This document shows, one piece after another, positions 50,837 through 62,476 of a stretch of 64,000 nucleotides of DNA. Origin of the DNA: Chloroflexota bacterium (GTDB taxonomy: Bacteria; Chloroflexota; UBA11872; VXOZ01). The notes beneath the pieces are model-generated. The model saw nothing but the letters and a program-made list of their open reading frames with translations. It did not search any database and had not been told where the DNA came from. The translations under genes and the position numbers were made by a program. Positions within the stretch are counted from its first letter, which is position 1; each line of letters begins with the position of its first letter. The DNA is taken from positions 3,108,407 to 3,172,406 of the forward strand of contig OZ244798.1 in the NCBI GenBank assembly GCA_965220015.1, in the 5' to 3' direction.

Positions 50837-53296
50837 CTACGGCGACCATGACGGATCGGCGTCCAGGGCAGGGTTGTTTGTAAGGCGGGTGACCTTGCCG
50901 GTAGCAATGTCCATCACGTAGATTTCGTAGTTCAGGTTTCTGATGCTGTAGAACGCCAGGCTTTGGCCGTCCGCCGACCACGCGGCGCCAAAGTCGTCGG
51001 CCGGGTGATTCGTCAGCCGGGTCAAGTCAGTGCCGTCGGCGTTAATTACATAGATTTCCCAGTTGCCGTTGCGCTTACTGGTAAAGGCCAGCCTGTGTCC
51101 GTCCGGCGACCACACTGGCGCCGTGTCAGCGCCGCGGTCGGTAGTAAGCTGTACGTGCTCACTGCCGTCAGCATTCATCACAAAGATGTCGAAGTTTCGC
51201 TCGCGGTCGCTCGTATACGCAATCTTCACGCCGTCGGGCGACCAGGACGGCGCCAGTTCCCGTCCGCGGTCAAACGTGAGTCTCGTCTGTGCGCTGCCGT
51301 CGGCGTTCATCACGTAGACATCGACGTTGCTGTCACGTTCGCTATAGAACACGAGCTTGCGGCCGTCCGGCGACCAGCGGGGAGCGAAGTCGTCACCGGT
51401 ATGAGTCGTCAGTTGCGTCACGTCGCTACCGTCGGCGTTCATCACGTAGATGTCGAAGTTTCCGTTCCGATTACTCGCAAACGCAATGCGCCGCGCGTCC
51501 GGGGACCAGGTCGGCGCAACGTCGTTTGCCGGATCGTCCGTCAGGCGCGTCAAGCCACTGCCATCGGCGTTCATCACATAGATTTCCCAGTTTTCATCGC
51601 GCAAACTGGCAAACGCAATCTGCGCCAGGCGTTCCTCTTCGCCGCCGGATACGACGACGAACTGCTTGTTGCCGGCATACGCGCTGTTATCAAAGATCAT
51701 GCGCAAGGCGACATCCTCGGCGGAAACTTCCGTCACCGCCACTTTGAAGAGCAAGCCGAAATTCCCGAACGGCAGCGGCGACGGCCCGGTGACCTTCCAG
51801 TAGCCCACATCGTCCGGTGGGGAGAGCTCCCAACCGTCCAGCAGGCCCCCTTCATGGGCCGGGACGAGCGAGACCGTAACCGGTCGGTCAATATCGAGGG
51901 TAAAGCGCATGTGCTGAATGTTGCGCGGCACATGGAGCGCGCGCACGAAAGTTGTCGCGGTCTGCGCTTCCAGGTCTATCGTCGGCGGATCAATCGCGAT
52001 GCGCCCCTGCGTATCGGGACTGTAAATCTCGCCGAACGGCAGCGCTCCGGTGGCAAATTCGCCCGTGACGCCGGCCAGGGTCGACTCGATGCGTATCGCA
52101 TACTCCCCGTCGCGGCGCAGCGTGGTGTAGCTCAGCTTATATTGACCGGCAAAGTCATTAACCAAGGCAACGAACTGATCTTCAAGGTGCGCCAATTCCA
52201 CCGCCGCGTAGTAGGCCCCGTTGGTTGCCGTTGCGAGCGTGCGCAATTCCGATTCTTGGTAGACGTCGCCCAGACCGAGCGGATAGAGCTGCACGCCTCT
52301 CGCACGTGCCAGTTGCGCCACCTCGCCGCGCGTACGCATGCTGCTGGTATCCTTGCCGTCCGAGAGAAATACCAGCGCGCGGCTGGCGTCGGCAACCGTG
52401 CTTGCTTGCGCAGAAAACAGGTCGAGGCCCCGTTCTACGGCATCCCAGAGGCGGCTGGAACCCGAATCAAAACCGGATTCCGCAAAACGAGTGAGGTCTG
52501 CGCGGATTTGGTCTCTATCCGTAGTTGGAAACGCGATGATAACCGGTTCTGCGGAGCGATCGTGAAAGGCAACGACACCGACGCGATGCGCGGCGGGCAA
52601 GCGGTCGAGCGCGCTGTCAAGCGCATGACGCATGAGCGTACTGCCGGCGGTACCGTCCGGCAACTGCCAGGTTGTCATGCTGCGCGTGAAGTCAAGCACA
52701 AAGACTACTTCTAAGGCAAAGCGTTCGGCGGAGTACACAAAGAAATTGGTCTCCGTGTAGTCCACCTCTTCCCATGCGTCCGTGCCGGCGCCGCGTTCGA
52801 AAATGCGCGTCGCTGCTTGCAGATCCGCTGCCGGCAAGATTATTGGGTTGCCGTTTTCGTCACGGAGAGAGAAGATCGCCTGCACCTGGCTCGGCTCGCG
52901 CAGCAATACGCGCACGCCCGCAAAGTTGACCGCCGACTCCGCGGCCGGTGCGGGAGTACCTGTCGGCGTGGGCGAAACCTCAGGGGCAGCCGCCGCCGTA
53001 GGCGCGGGAACCGGACTTGGCGTGGGGGAAGGTTCCTGAGTAGGACGCGGGCGCGGTGTCGCGGTCGGTGCGGGTGTATCCTCCGGCGTGGCCGCGACCG
53101 TTGGCGTCGGGGGAATTGGGGTCGCAGTCCGCGCGACTAAAGTCGCAGTCGGCGCCACCGTTTGGGTTATCTGCGGCGAAGGCAGCGGACGCGCTTCCTC
53201 AATTACGGTGTCCCCATCCGGCTCATCCCCGCCGCACGCTGCCAGTAACAGGCAGAGACAGCCGAACAATACGGCGACGAAATAGCGTTTCATCAT
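50837..53296 (-). CDS. Lipoprotein with VWA domain and TolB/PD40 beta-propeller
   Basis: LAACG lipobox, Pro/Thr linker, VLDFTRSM and FLSDG (MIDAS-like), six WSxD-type repeats. Confidence 0.88.
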   Translation of the reverse strand: MMKRYFVAVLFGCLCLLLAACGGDEPDGDTVIEEARPLPSPQITQTVAPTATLVARTATPIPPTPTVAATPEDTPAPTATPRPRPTQEPSPTPSPVPAPTAAAAPEVSPTPTGTPAPAAESAVNFAGVRVLLREPSQVQAIFSLRDENGNPIILPAADLQAATRIFERGAGTDAWEEVDYTETNFFVYSAERFALEVVFVLDFTRSMTTWQLPDGTAGSTLMRHALDSALDRLPAAHRVGVVAFHDRSAEPVIIAFPTTDRDQIRADLTRFAESGFDSGSSRLWDAVERGLDLFSAQASTVADASRALVFLSDGKDTSSMRTRGEVAQLARARGVQLYPLGLGDVYQESELRTLATATNGAYYAAVELAHLEDQFVALVNDFAGQYKLSYTTLRRDGEYAIRIESTLAGVTGEFATGALPFGEIYSPDTQGRIAIDPPTIDLEAQTATTFVRALHVPRNIQHMRFTLDIDRPVTVSLVPAHEGGLLDGWELSPPDDVGYWKVTGPSPLPFGNFGLLFKVAVTEVSAEDVALRMIFDNSAYAGNKQFVVVSGGEEERLAQIAFASLRDENWEIYVMNADGSGLTRLTDDPANDVAPTWSPDARRIAFASNRNGNFDIYVMNADGSDVTQLTTHTGDDFAPRWSPDGRKLVFYSERDSNVDVYVMNADGSAQTRLTFDRGRELAPSWSPDGVKIAYTSDRERNFDIFVMNADGSEHVQLTTDRGADTAPVWSPDGHRLAFTSKRNGNWEIYVINADGTDLTRLTNHPADDFGAAWSADGQSLAFYSIRNLNYEIYVMDIATGKVTRLTNNPALDADPSWSP

Positions 53297-53414
53297 CTGC
53301 AATTGCCGCCCTGCATAGATCGCTTGCCTCCGCCGTTTGTGGCGCTTGGCGTATAATAGGCCAGTGTGAGGATTGATAAGCGAGAGTATCTGTCCACAGT
53401 ATTTGCGAAACTGC

Positions 53415-54620
53415 ATGATTCGTCAAACGCAACGCCAAACACTTTCGTCGGCGCGGGCAGTAAAGGCGTTCGCCGCGCTAGTCTGCGCTGCACTGACAAT
53501 GCTCCTTGTGGGCGCGCCCGCGCTCCGGGCGGTCGAATCCCAGCAATATCTGTACGAATCCGAAGTTTCACGCCATAGCACTATCACCACTATAGCGGGC
53601 AACGGCATTGCCAGCGGCAGCGGCGACGACGGCCCGGCCACGGAAGCCACGCTCAACACGCCCGCCGCCTTAGCCGTAGATCCTATGGGCAACGTGTACA
53701 TTGCCGATGCCTTCAACCACCGCATCCGGCAGATTGCGCCCGATGGCGCCATCACTACCATCGCGGGCACGGGAGAGGCCGGGGACACTGGGGACGGCGG
53801 AGTAGCAGTCGACGCCCGTTTGCGCTCGCCGTTGGGCATCGCGATAGACGGCGAGGGATCGATTTACATTGCCGACACCTACAATCACCGCATACGCAAG
53901 GTTACGCCGGACGGTGTCATCAGCACGATAGCAGGCACCGGCGAGTCCGGTTTCGGCGGTGACGGCGGCCCGGCAACACAGGCTGCGTTGGCCTATCCGA
54001 CCAGTGTTGCGGTGGCGGCTGACGGCGCAATCTACATTGCCGACACACGCAACCATAGAGTGCGCAAACTGGCAGCGGACGGCACCCTCACCACCGTGGC
54101 GGGCACGGGCGCGGCCGGCTTTAGCGGCGATGGCGGCCCCGCGACAATTGCGCGGTTGAATAGCCCGCGCGGTGTGGCCGTTTCCCCTGATGGGAAGCTC
54201 TACATCGTCGATCGGGAGAACCGCCGCATTCGCATGGTGGCTACCGACGGCCTCATTACGACAATCGCGGGTACGGGCAGTTCCGGCTTCAACGGCGACC
54301 GCGGCGATGCAACCCTCGCCACGTTACGCGCCCCCTACGGCGTTGCCGTGGACAGCCGGGGCAACCTTTTCATCGCTGATACGTTCAACCACCGCGTGCG
54401 CAGAGTTTCACCTGACGGCAACCTGGACACCGTGGCCGGCAGCGACCGCTTTGGCTTTAGCGGCGACGGCTGGGCGGCCGGTTTCGCCACACTTCACTAC
54501 CCGCTCGGCGTGGCGGTGGACATTGCCGGCAACCTCTATATCGCCGATAGCATCAACCATCGCATTCGCAAAGTGTGGGCCACGGCGAATACTGCGCCCA
54601 CGCCCAATCTGTTCTTCTAG
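53415..54620 (+). CDS. Secreted NHL-repeat protein
   Basis: Six repeats of I.TIAGTG..G..GDGG.A..A.L..P.GVAVD..G.YIAD..NHRIR. Confidence 0.9.
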   Translation: MIRQTQRQTLSSARAVKAFAALVCAALTMLLVGAPALRAVESQQYLYESEVSRHSTITTIAGNGIASGSGDDGPATEATLNTPAALAVDPMGNVYIADAFNHRIRQIAPDGAITTIAGTGEAGDTGDGGVAVDARLRSPLGIAIDGEGSIYIADTYNHRIRKVTPDGVISTIAGTGESGFGGDGGPATQAALAYPTSVAVAADGAIYIADTRNHRVRKLAADGTLTTVAGTGAAGFSGDGGPATIARLNSPRGVAVSPDGKLYIVDRENRRIRMVATDGLITTIAGTGSSGFNGDRGDATLATLRAPYGVAVDSRGNLFIADTFNHRVRRVSPDGNLDTVAGSDRFGFSGDGWAAGFATLHYPLGVAVDIAGNLYIADSINHRIRKVWATANTAPTPNLFF

Positions 54621-54780
54621 AGCGCTGCTTCCGCCGGACCTCTTTGCCCGAAGAGTTGCTTCGGATCAGTAACCAACGCCAAGCCCTGCCATTCACACCC
54701 TAGGCCGCGCCACTGAAACCGTTGTCGCCACAGCGCCGCTTGCCACTCTACGCTCGGGTCAGGCTGGAGTGGGCGTAGGA

Positions 54781-55416
54781 CTAGCCTACTCGCCGGAAAA
54801 CGTACGAATAGGCACGTCGCGTATAGGCCACACCTCGCTTGGTACGTTCCAGATACTCGCGGGTGACTGTGAGATCTCGCTTCGGCACAAAATAGGATCC
54901 AAGGTCTGATTCCCTCAGGCTGAACCGCTCGCCACGGCGATTGATGGCGGCTGTCAGCACGTAATCCGGGTCCAGCCAAGCCATGCTCGCATCGCCGTGG
55001 CTGTTATTCGCCAAGAGCATGCCACCGACCCTGAGGTACCGCTTGCAATGCTGCGAGACGAACCCCGCGTACTGCGAAATGAGGAGATCGTAGCTCTCCT
55101 CCGCTTCCGGCAACTCCTGCACGTAATCAGCCCTGTGAAAGCGGATGCACGGCTCTTCCGCATAGACCTTCCGTCGGCTCACAAAGTCGCGCACGGCCGG
55201 ATCGGCAAAGAAGCGCACAGCACGCCTGTCTGTATCCACAAAGCACGCAATAGGATAGACAAACGCCGGTGTCACGTGGGTGAAGCTGCCCGGGTAGAGC
55301 GCGCTCCGGCTGGCAAAGCGATCAGCCACGAGCGTGAACAACCCCAGCCGTTCATAGCGCGTATCCACATAGTATTTTCTGTAGAGAGCCAACGCGTCCT
55401 GCATCATGGCGAACAT
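54781..55416 (-). CDS. Hypothetical protein, methyltransferase-like
   Basis: LYPGSFTH, YDLLISQYAG, YLRVGG. Confidence 0.65.
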   Translation of the reverse strand: MFAMMQDALALYRKYYVDTRYERLGLFTLVADRFASRSALYPGSFTHVTPAFVYPIACFVDTDRRAVRFFADPAVRDFVSRRKVYAEEPCIRFHRADYVQELPEAEESYDLLISQYAGFVSQHCKRYLRVGGMLLANNSHGDASMAWLDPDYVLTAAINRRGERFSLRESDLGSYFVPKRDLTVTREYLERTKRGVAYTRRAYSYVFRRVG

Positions 55417-55507
55417 GTGCAGCGGGTCTCTCTTTGCGCCAAACCAAGAGGTTCATCCACCCTACCGCCACCCTCTGCTGTGCGTTTTTTTACTCTACAC
55501 GGCAGCC

Positions 55508-55876
55508 CTATTCTTGCGGTTTTGTGGTGAGAGGTATGGGAATCCGCACCACGGTCACCGTTTGGGTCTCGGTATCGATGAAGTAGACGGTCTCCACACC
55601 TACTTGCGTACATATGATCTTGATCTGCGTGATGGTCTCGCGGAACGACAGGTACTCTTGGTACCCGAGACAGGTCTGCTCCGGTTCCTCCAATTCGTAG
55701 AAGAGCACGCCCTCTTGCGAAGGCCAGGGTGACGGGTTTGGTTGTGATGTTGCGGGCGCTGGTGTAGGTGTGGGTATAGGCGCGGGAGTTGGCGTCGGTT
55801 GCCGCAGCGGGCCGCACCCGGCCACCACTATCATGAGACTGAACAGTAGGATACCCTGGCGGAGCAGCATGAGCAT
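55508..55876 (-). CDS. Small lipoprotein, paralog C
   Basis: VVAGC lipobox, Pro linker, two-Cys C-terminal domain. Confidence 0.72.
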   Translation of the reverse strand: MLMLLRQGILLFSLMIVVAGCGPLRQPTPTPAPIPTPTPAPATSQPNPSPWPSQEGVLFYELEEPEQTCLGYQEYLSFRETITQIKIICTQVGVETVYFIDTETQTVTVVRIPIPLTTKPQE

Positions 55877-55880
55877 TGGC

Positions 55881-56270
55881 TTAGGGCATCCCCGGCACCG
55901 GCGCCAGTTTGCGGGTAACGGTGATCGTCTGGTTCTGCAAGTCTACAAAGTAGACGGTGCCCTTTTCATCGTTCGTGCACACCAAGCGGACTTGCCGCAC
56001 CACCCCCAAAGAGTCATCGGAAATCTGCTCCGGGGACACCTCAACCGGTCCAATTATCTCGGCGAAACCGGGGCACACCTGTTCGCTCTGGGTGAGATCG
56101 TGAAAGACAATGCCTTGCTTCCTGACGCCGAGTGCAAGCACAGGAGACGGCGTTGGCTGGGGAGCGGAAGTAGGCACAGGCGACGGTGTTGCTTCAGCTT
56201 CCGGCTGTCGGCCGCAGCCGCTGAGCATCACCGCACACACCAAGAGAAATAGACTGCACAGCAGCTTCAC
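55881..56270 (-). CDS. Small lipoprotein, paralog B
   Basis: MLSGC lipobox, shared C-terminal domain. Confidence 0.72.
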   Translation of the reverse strand: MKLLCSLFLLVCAVMLSGCGRQPEAEATPSPVPTSAPQPTPSPVLALGVRKQGIVFHDLTQSEQVCPGFAEIIGPVEVSPEQISDDSLGVVRQVRLVCTNDEKGTVYFVDLQNQTITVTRKLAPVPGMP

Positions 56271-56323
56271 AACACGCCCCGTAACGCGATTGCGCCCTCA
56301 ATCCCAGGCCGGGCCCCGGCAAA

Positions 56324-56770
56324 CTAGGGTATCTCCGGCTCAAGCAGCGGGACGCGGATGCCTGTCACCACGAAGTTATCCAAGTCAACGAAATACACGG
56401 TTTCCACGCCGGGACCGGTGCACGTTATCTTGACCTGAGAAACCGTCTGCCGAAAGCCGGAAAACTCCTGATATCCCGGACAGGTCTTCTCGATTTCCGT
56501 GAGGTCGTAGAAGAATATGCTCTGCGTCTGCGTGGGCGGAACCGGCGTCGCCTCTTCCGGCACTGCGTCAGCCGCAGGTGTCGCGGCCTCCGCTATTGGC
56601 GGCGGCGTTGCGGTGGGTTCGGCTGCGGCAACCGGCTGCGCAGTTGGCAACGGCTGCGCTGTCGCTGCAGCCGTCGGTGTGGACGCGCCCTCGTCCTCCG
56701 CGGACTCCCCACAGCCAATCAGGGCAAGCGACAGTGTGCAGACCACAAGAGCCTTGCTCCACACTCGCAT
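56324..56770 (-). CDS. Small lipoprotein, paralog A
   Basis: ALIGC lipobox, shared C-terminal domain. Confidence 0.75.
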   Translation of the reverse strand: MRVWSKALVVCTLSLALIGCGESAEDEGASTPTAAATAQPLPTAQPVAAAEPTATPPPIAEAATPAADAVPEEATPVPPTQTQSIFFYDLTEIEKTCPGYQEFSGFRQTVSQVKITCTGPGVETVYFVDLDNFVVTGIRVPLLEPEIP

Positions 56771-57263
56771 GTGCGCACACTCCTCTCTGCCTCTATCCTA
56801 GTTGGCGACGCTAACGGTTTATTAACCGCGCCTGCCTCTACTGTAGCGAATTGCTCTACGCCCTGCCATAACAAACTGAGGCCACCGCAGCCTGCGGCGA
56901 CAGTCAGGTCACTCCGCGATTTAACATAGCACATGGCGTACGTTGCTTGTTCTACCGTTTCAACGCAGAGAACGCGCACCTGCCACGTTTGGCCGGGCCG
57001 TAACTCAGCACTGCTCCATTGACTGAACTCTACCTAAATGCCGCAGGGGCACGGCATGCCGTGCCCCTACACTGAATTACAACTCACGGAGCTGCTACTT
57101 GCGCTTTATATACGAGTCTACGGCATCATCAGGGCCTGCTCCACGACTTCCAATGCAACGGGGGCTGCCAATAAATGCCGCCTGCTTGCGCCAATGCACT
57201 GAATCCTACGCACCGCTTGGCATGGCAGCCGCGCGCATCTACCGCACGACTCTGGGAGTGCAG

Positions 57264-59018
57264 CTAACTATCCGAATCTGCCAACTCCTGCTTGCGGCCG
57301 CGGGCACGCAAACCGCGCGTGGCGATTTCATCCACGACCCACGCTTCCGGGTCAATGGCAACGCCGTACTCTTTGGCCGCAGTTGCGCGGTCGTAGTAGC
57401 CGCGCCGGACGTCTTGGAGCACCAGCGCCGGCGGCCGTTCGAAAGGATCGCCGTAGCCGCCGCCACCCGGCGTCCTCAAGCTGAGCACGTCGCCCGGTTC
57501 CATGTGCACGCCTTCATCTTTGCTGATGTGTTCCGGGCGGTATTCTTCACCCCGCAGCGTAAATACGTGCTCCGCTGTTTGCGCCGAATTGCCTCCCAAA
57601 ATGCCGAATGGAGCGAACCGTCCCCGTTCGCCCAGCAACGACGCGCTGGCGTTCCCATGCCGTATCTGGAATTCAAAGATTACGCCGTAGCCGCCGCGCC
57701 GTTTGCCGGCGCCTCCTGAATTCTCACGAATAGCGTAGCGCGTGAAGAGCACGGGATAGCGGAATTCGAAGATTTCCAACGCCTGTGTGCGCGCCACGGC
57801 AATGGTGGGGTTGCCGTTGATCAACCCATCGGTCAGGAAGTTGCCGCCGTAACCGCCGCCAATGAACGAGTAGAGGACGTAATAGCCTCTACCCGGATTA
57901 TCACCGCCGACCGAGAGGTTTGTCACCGTGCCCATCGGCGCGGCATAGGCATTGTCCGGTATCGCCTGGCCCAAAGCGCCCAGCATAACGTCAATCACGC
58001 GCTGGCACACTTCCGCCGCACAGCCGGCCACGGGACGCGGCGGCTGCGCATGCAGAAACGTCGTCGTCGGTATGTTTACGGTGAACGGCGCAAAGCAACC
58101 CGCGTTGATGGGTACATCGGGGAACGTGTGCTTGAAGGCAATGAAAACTCCGGCGAGCGTAGTGCTGAAGACACTGTTGAGCGGCCCCCGGCAGGGAGGA
58201 CTACTCTCCGAGAAGTCAACGTGGACGTCGCTGCCGCTGACGGTCAGCTTCAAGCGGAGCGCAAGCGGTTCCCATTCGACGCCGTCGCTGTCGATGTAGT
58301 CGGTAAACTCGTATGTCCCATCGGGAATAGTCTCGATATGGCTGCGCATCAGTCGCTCTGAGCGCGCTTTCATCTCGTCAACCGCCGCAAACACCGTTGC
58401 TTCGCCATAGCGGTCAAGGAGTTTCGTGAGCCGATCGGCGCCGAGGTTAAGCGCAGTGATCTTGGCAATTATGTCGCCTTGGCGTTCCGCCGATACCCGC
58501 ACGTTATGCAGGATGATATCGAGCACGTCTTGGTTCAGCTTGCCCTTGTCCATTATGCGCACAGGCGGCAGGCGCAAGCCCTCCTGATAGATCTCCGTGG
58601 CTCTCGTGGAGAATCCGCCCGGCACGCGGCCGCCAATGTCCGGCCAGTGACCGCTATTCGCCAAGAATGCCGTGAGCTTACCTTTGTAAAAAAACGGCCT
58701 CACCATCTTGACGTCCATGAGGTGCGTGCCGCCGAGGTAAGGATCATTGATGATATAAACATCACCGTCTGCGATGTTCTTGACCAGCCTAATCACGGAA
58801 CGCACGGTGAACTCCATCACGCAAATGAAATTCGGGAGGCCGCGCGGTCCCTGCATTATCACTTCACCGTCGCGCACGTGGTAGATGCCGCTGGCCCGGT
58901 CGAAACCGTCCGAGATGACGGGCGAGAACGCCATGCGTTCCAGGGTGGCGTCCATTTCGTCGGCAATCTGCTCCAGACCGCCGCGAATTACCGCGAGGGT
59001 GATCGGGTCAATAGTCAT
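57264..59018 (-). CDS. Hydantoinase B/oxoprolinase family protein
   Basis: AFSPVI, NDPYLGGTHL.D, HWPDIGG, EIYQEG, TPGGGGYGDP. Confidence 0.94.
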   Translation of the reverse strand: MTIDPITLAVIRGGLEQIADEMDATLERMAFSPVISDGFDRASGIYHVRDGEVIMQGPRGLPNFICVMEFTVRSVIRLVKNIADGDVYIINDPYLGGTHLMDVKMVRPFFYKGKLTAFLANSGHWPDIGGRVPGGFSTRATEIYQEGLRLPPVRIMDKGKLNQDVLDIILHNVRVSAERQGDIIAKITALNLGADRLTKLLDRYGEATVFAAVDEMKARSERLMRSHIETIPDGTYEFTDYIDSDGVEWEPLALRLKLTVSGSDVHVDFSESSPPCRGPLNSVFSTTLAGVFIAFKHTFPDVPINAGCFAPFTVNIPTTTFLHAQPPRPVAGCAAEVCQRVIDVMLGALGQAIPDNAYAAPMGTVTNLSVGGDNPGRGYYVLYSFIGGGYGGNFLTDGLINGNPTIAVARTQALEIFEFRYPVLFTRYAIRENSGGAGKRRGGYGVIFEFQIRHGNASASLLGERGRFAPFGILGGNSAQTAEHVFTLRGEEYRPEHISKDEGVHMEPGDVLSLRTPGGGGYGDPFERPPALVLQDVRRGYYDRATAAKEYGVAIDPEAWVVDEIATRGLRARGRKQELADSDS

Positions 59019-59019
59019 C

Positions 59020-61086
59020 TCACGTCACCTCTATCAGCAGGCTGCCGCCCGCGGCGACCGTGGCGCGGCACCACGGTTCCAGCCAGACCGTCGTATCCGG
59101 TTGCTCGATGAGAGCCGGGCCGCGCAGCACCGAACCCCAGGGGAGCTTGGCACGGTCAAAGACGGGACAGGAAACGAACTCACCATCGGCGTACACGGCC
59201 CGTTCTTCTTTGCACGCTGCCGCTACCGTGGAATTCGGCGCCTTCACGTAGTCTTTCAATGCCACGTCCGCACGGACGCCAATCACCGCGGTCCGAAGAT
59301 TGAGTAGTCGAATGGGGATCTGCGCCAGCAGTTCCTCCAAACCGCCGAAACCTTCTTCGACCCGTCCGTAATGCTGCAGATATGCCTTGCGAAAGCTCTC
59401 GGCGATGGTCTCGTGGCTGAGTTCGCCGGCAGGCAAGGACGTGCGAATTACGTGGGTCTGTCCTTCGTAGGATATGTCGGCTTCGCGGATAACGCTGACA
59501 CGCTCCAAAGGCACGCGTTCGCCGGCCAGCATCTCCTCGCCCGCCGCGAGATGGTCGGCAAAGATGCGCTCCACCTCAGCAAGGTCCAGCGCATCCAGGA
59601 GGCAGTTCTGCATCGTCACAAAGTCATGTTGGCGGTCGGCGATTACGCAGCCCCACGCCGACGCAATGCCCGGATAGTAGGGCACAATGCCCTGGCCGAT
59701 GCTCAGTTCCCGCAGGAGGAATCCCGCATGCAGGGGTCCGCCGCCACCAAAGGAGAAAAGCGCAAACTCACGCGGGTCGTGGCCTTTGTCGATTGAAACG
59801 CGTCGGAGGCTACCGGCAATACGGTTGTTCGCAACCGTCACAATTGCCTGCGCGGCCTCTTCAGTGGAGAGCCCCAGCGGCGTGCCGATGGTCTCCGTAA
59901 TCACCGACCGCGCGCCTGCGACGTCGAACGACGCGCCTGCCACCCCGGCTATCGGGTACCTGGGATTGATCCTGCCGAGAATCAAGTTGGCGTCGGTCAA
60001 TGTCGGCGCCGTGCCGTTCTTGCCGTAGCAGACCGGCCCGGGATCAGCGCCCGCGCTCTGCGGTCCAACTTGCAGCAGACCCCCCTGATCGATGCGCGCG
60101 ATACTGCCGCCGCCCGCGCCAATCGTATGAATGTCGATCATCGAGACCATCAGGGGAATGCCAAATTCCAGGTCCATGCCGCTTGACGGCAGAGGCTTGC
60201 CATCCTGCACGAGCGACACATCGAGGCTCGTGCCGCCCATATCGTACGTAATGAGATTGGAGAAACCGTCTTCAGCCGCAATCCTGGTCGCAGCAATCAC
60301 ACCAGCCGCCGGACCGGAAAGCACCGTATTGAGGGGCAAGTTGCGCACGGCCGCGGAGGACATCATGCCGCCGTTGGACTGCATGATGAAGAGGTCGCTC
60401 CCATAGCCGCGCTCATGGAGCCGTTCTTCCAAACTCTCCATATACTGACCGACGTTGGGCTGGACATAGGCGTTGACGACTGCGGTGCTGGTGCGCTCGA
60501 ATTCGCGGAACACCGGCAGCGTCTCGCTGGACGTGACTACGTAGAGGTGCGGCCACTCGGCCTGCAGGATTTCCTTGGCGCGCAGTTCGTGCTCGGGATT
60601 GGCGTAGGCATTCATAAAACTGACGACAATGGCCTCAGCCCATTGCGCCAGCAAAAGCCGTCCTGCCTCCAAGACCTCATCCTCGCACAAAGGAGTCAGT
60701 ACGGCGCCTTCGGCGGCGATGCGCTCGGTCACTTCGAGGCGGCGGTCCCGGGGAATGAGCGGTTCGTACGTCCCGGTCAGGCCGTACATATGGGGACGGT
60801 CGCGGCGGCGCAGCTCCAGAATGTCCCGGAAGCCGCGCGTCGCAATGAGACCGCAGCGGCCGCCATCGCGTTCCAGAACGGCGTTGGTCGCTACCGTAGT
60901 CCCGTGAGTGACGAGATCGATGTCGGGGTAGGAAACGCGCAGGCCGTCCAAAGCGTCGATGAAGCCGCTTGATTGGTCATCGGGTGTGGTGGCAACTTTG
61001 CCGATGCGCAGTTCGCAGCGCGCCTCATCGAGCACGACCACATCAGTGAAGGTGCCGCCGATATCCACGCCAACCAGGGTACCCAT
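59020..61086 (-). CDS. Hydantoinase A/oxoprolinase family protein
   Basis: DIGGTFTD, HGTTVATNA, SGPAAG, DMGGTS, SAGADPGP. Confidence 0.94.
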   Translation of the reverse strand: MGTLVGVDIGGTFTDVVVLDEARCELRIGKVATTPDDQSSGFIDALDGLRVSYPDIDLVTHGTTVATNAVLERDGGRCGLIATRGFRDILELRRRDRPHMYGLTGTYEPLIPRDRRLEVTERIAAEGAVLTPLCEDEVLEAGRLLLAQWAEAIVVSFMNAYANPEHELRAKEILQAEWPHLYVVTSSETLPVFREFERTSTAVVNAYVQPNVGQYMESLEERLHERGYGSDLFIMQSNGGMMSSAAVRNLPLNTVLSGPAAGVIAATRIAAEDGFSNLITYDMGGTSLDVSLVQDGKPLPSSGMDLEFGIPLMVSMIDIHTIGAGGGSIARIDQGGLLQVGPQSAGADPGPVCYGKNGTAPTLTDANLILGRINPRYPIAGVAGASFDVAGARSVITETIGTPLGLSTEEAAQAIVTVANNRIAGSLRRVSIDKGHDPREFALFSFGGGGPLHAGFLLRELSIGQGIVPYYPGIASAWGCVIADRQHDFVTMQNCLLDALDLAEVERIFADHLAAGEEMLAGERVPLERVSVIREADISYEGQTHVIRTSLPAGELSHETIAESFRKAYLQHYGRVEEGFGGLEELLAQIPIRLLNLRTAVIGVRADVALKDYVKAPNSTVAAACKEERAVYADGEFVSCPVFDRAKLPWGSVLRGPALIEQPDTTVWLEPWCRATVAAGGSLLIEVT

Positions 61087-61138
61087 GTGCTAAGACTCTT
61101 ACTGCGACGATGGCTTAAACGAATCGTAGATAGGAGAT

Positions 61139-61474
61139 TTAGGTAATTAGGCCGAGGCGCTTGCCGATCTGGTAGAAGTTTATGCTCCAGCCCCAACCAA
61201 AGATGTGCGGCGTAAAGATGCGCGGGTCTTCGGCATTCCACAACCGGGCTTTCAGGCGGTCTATTGTCGGAGGACTGAAGCTATAGGGAATTCCCAGTAG
61301 TTCTCCCTCGGTCTCGCGGCGCATAAAGGCAACCAGGCCGACAACGGCGGTGGCAATAGCGGCAATGACACCGGCTCGTTCGCTGCGGTTGACCCTACCG
61401 AAGGGTGCGATAGAGACGATGCCGAGTATGAGCGCAAGGACAATGATGAGTACACGCTTCGTACCGTCGGACAT
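61139..61474 (-). CDS. Small membrane protein (DUF5808-like)
   Basis: GIPYSF, WNAEDPRIFTPHIFGWGWSINF. Confidence 0.7.
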   Translation of the reverse strand: MSDGTKRVLIIVLALILGIVSIAPFGRVNRSERAGVIAAIATAVVGLVAFMRRETEGELLGIPYSFSPPTIDRLKARLWNAEDPRIFTPHIFGWGWSINFYQIGKRLGLIT

Positions 61475-61476
61475 TG

Positions 61477-62325
<849 letters not shown>

Positions 62326-62476
62326 CGTGTGCCTCTACTCTTTGAAAGAGTGCTCCTAATCTACATCACTATCGTGAAAGAAAGCATTCTCGGTTTACAT
62401 TCCTTGGCGCTCTCTAGTTGGAGTGTTCAACTCTCTACACGCTGTGCGTGCACTCCATTTTCGTCCTGGAGCTATC

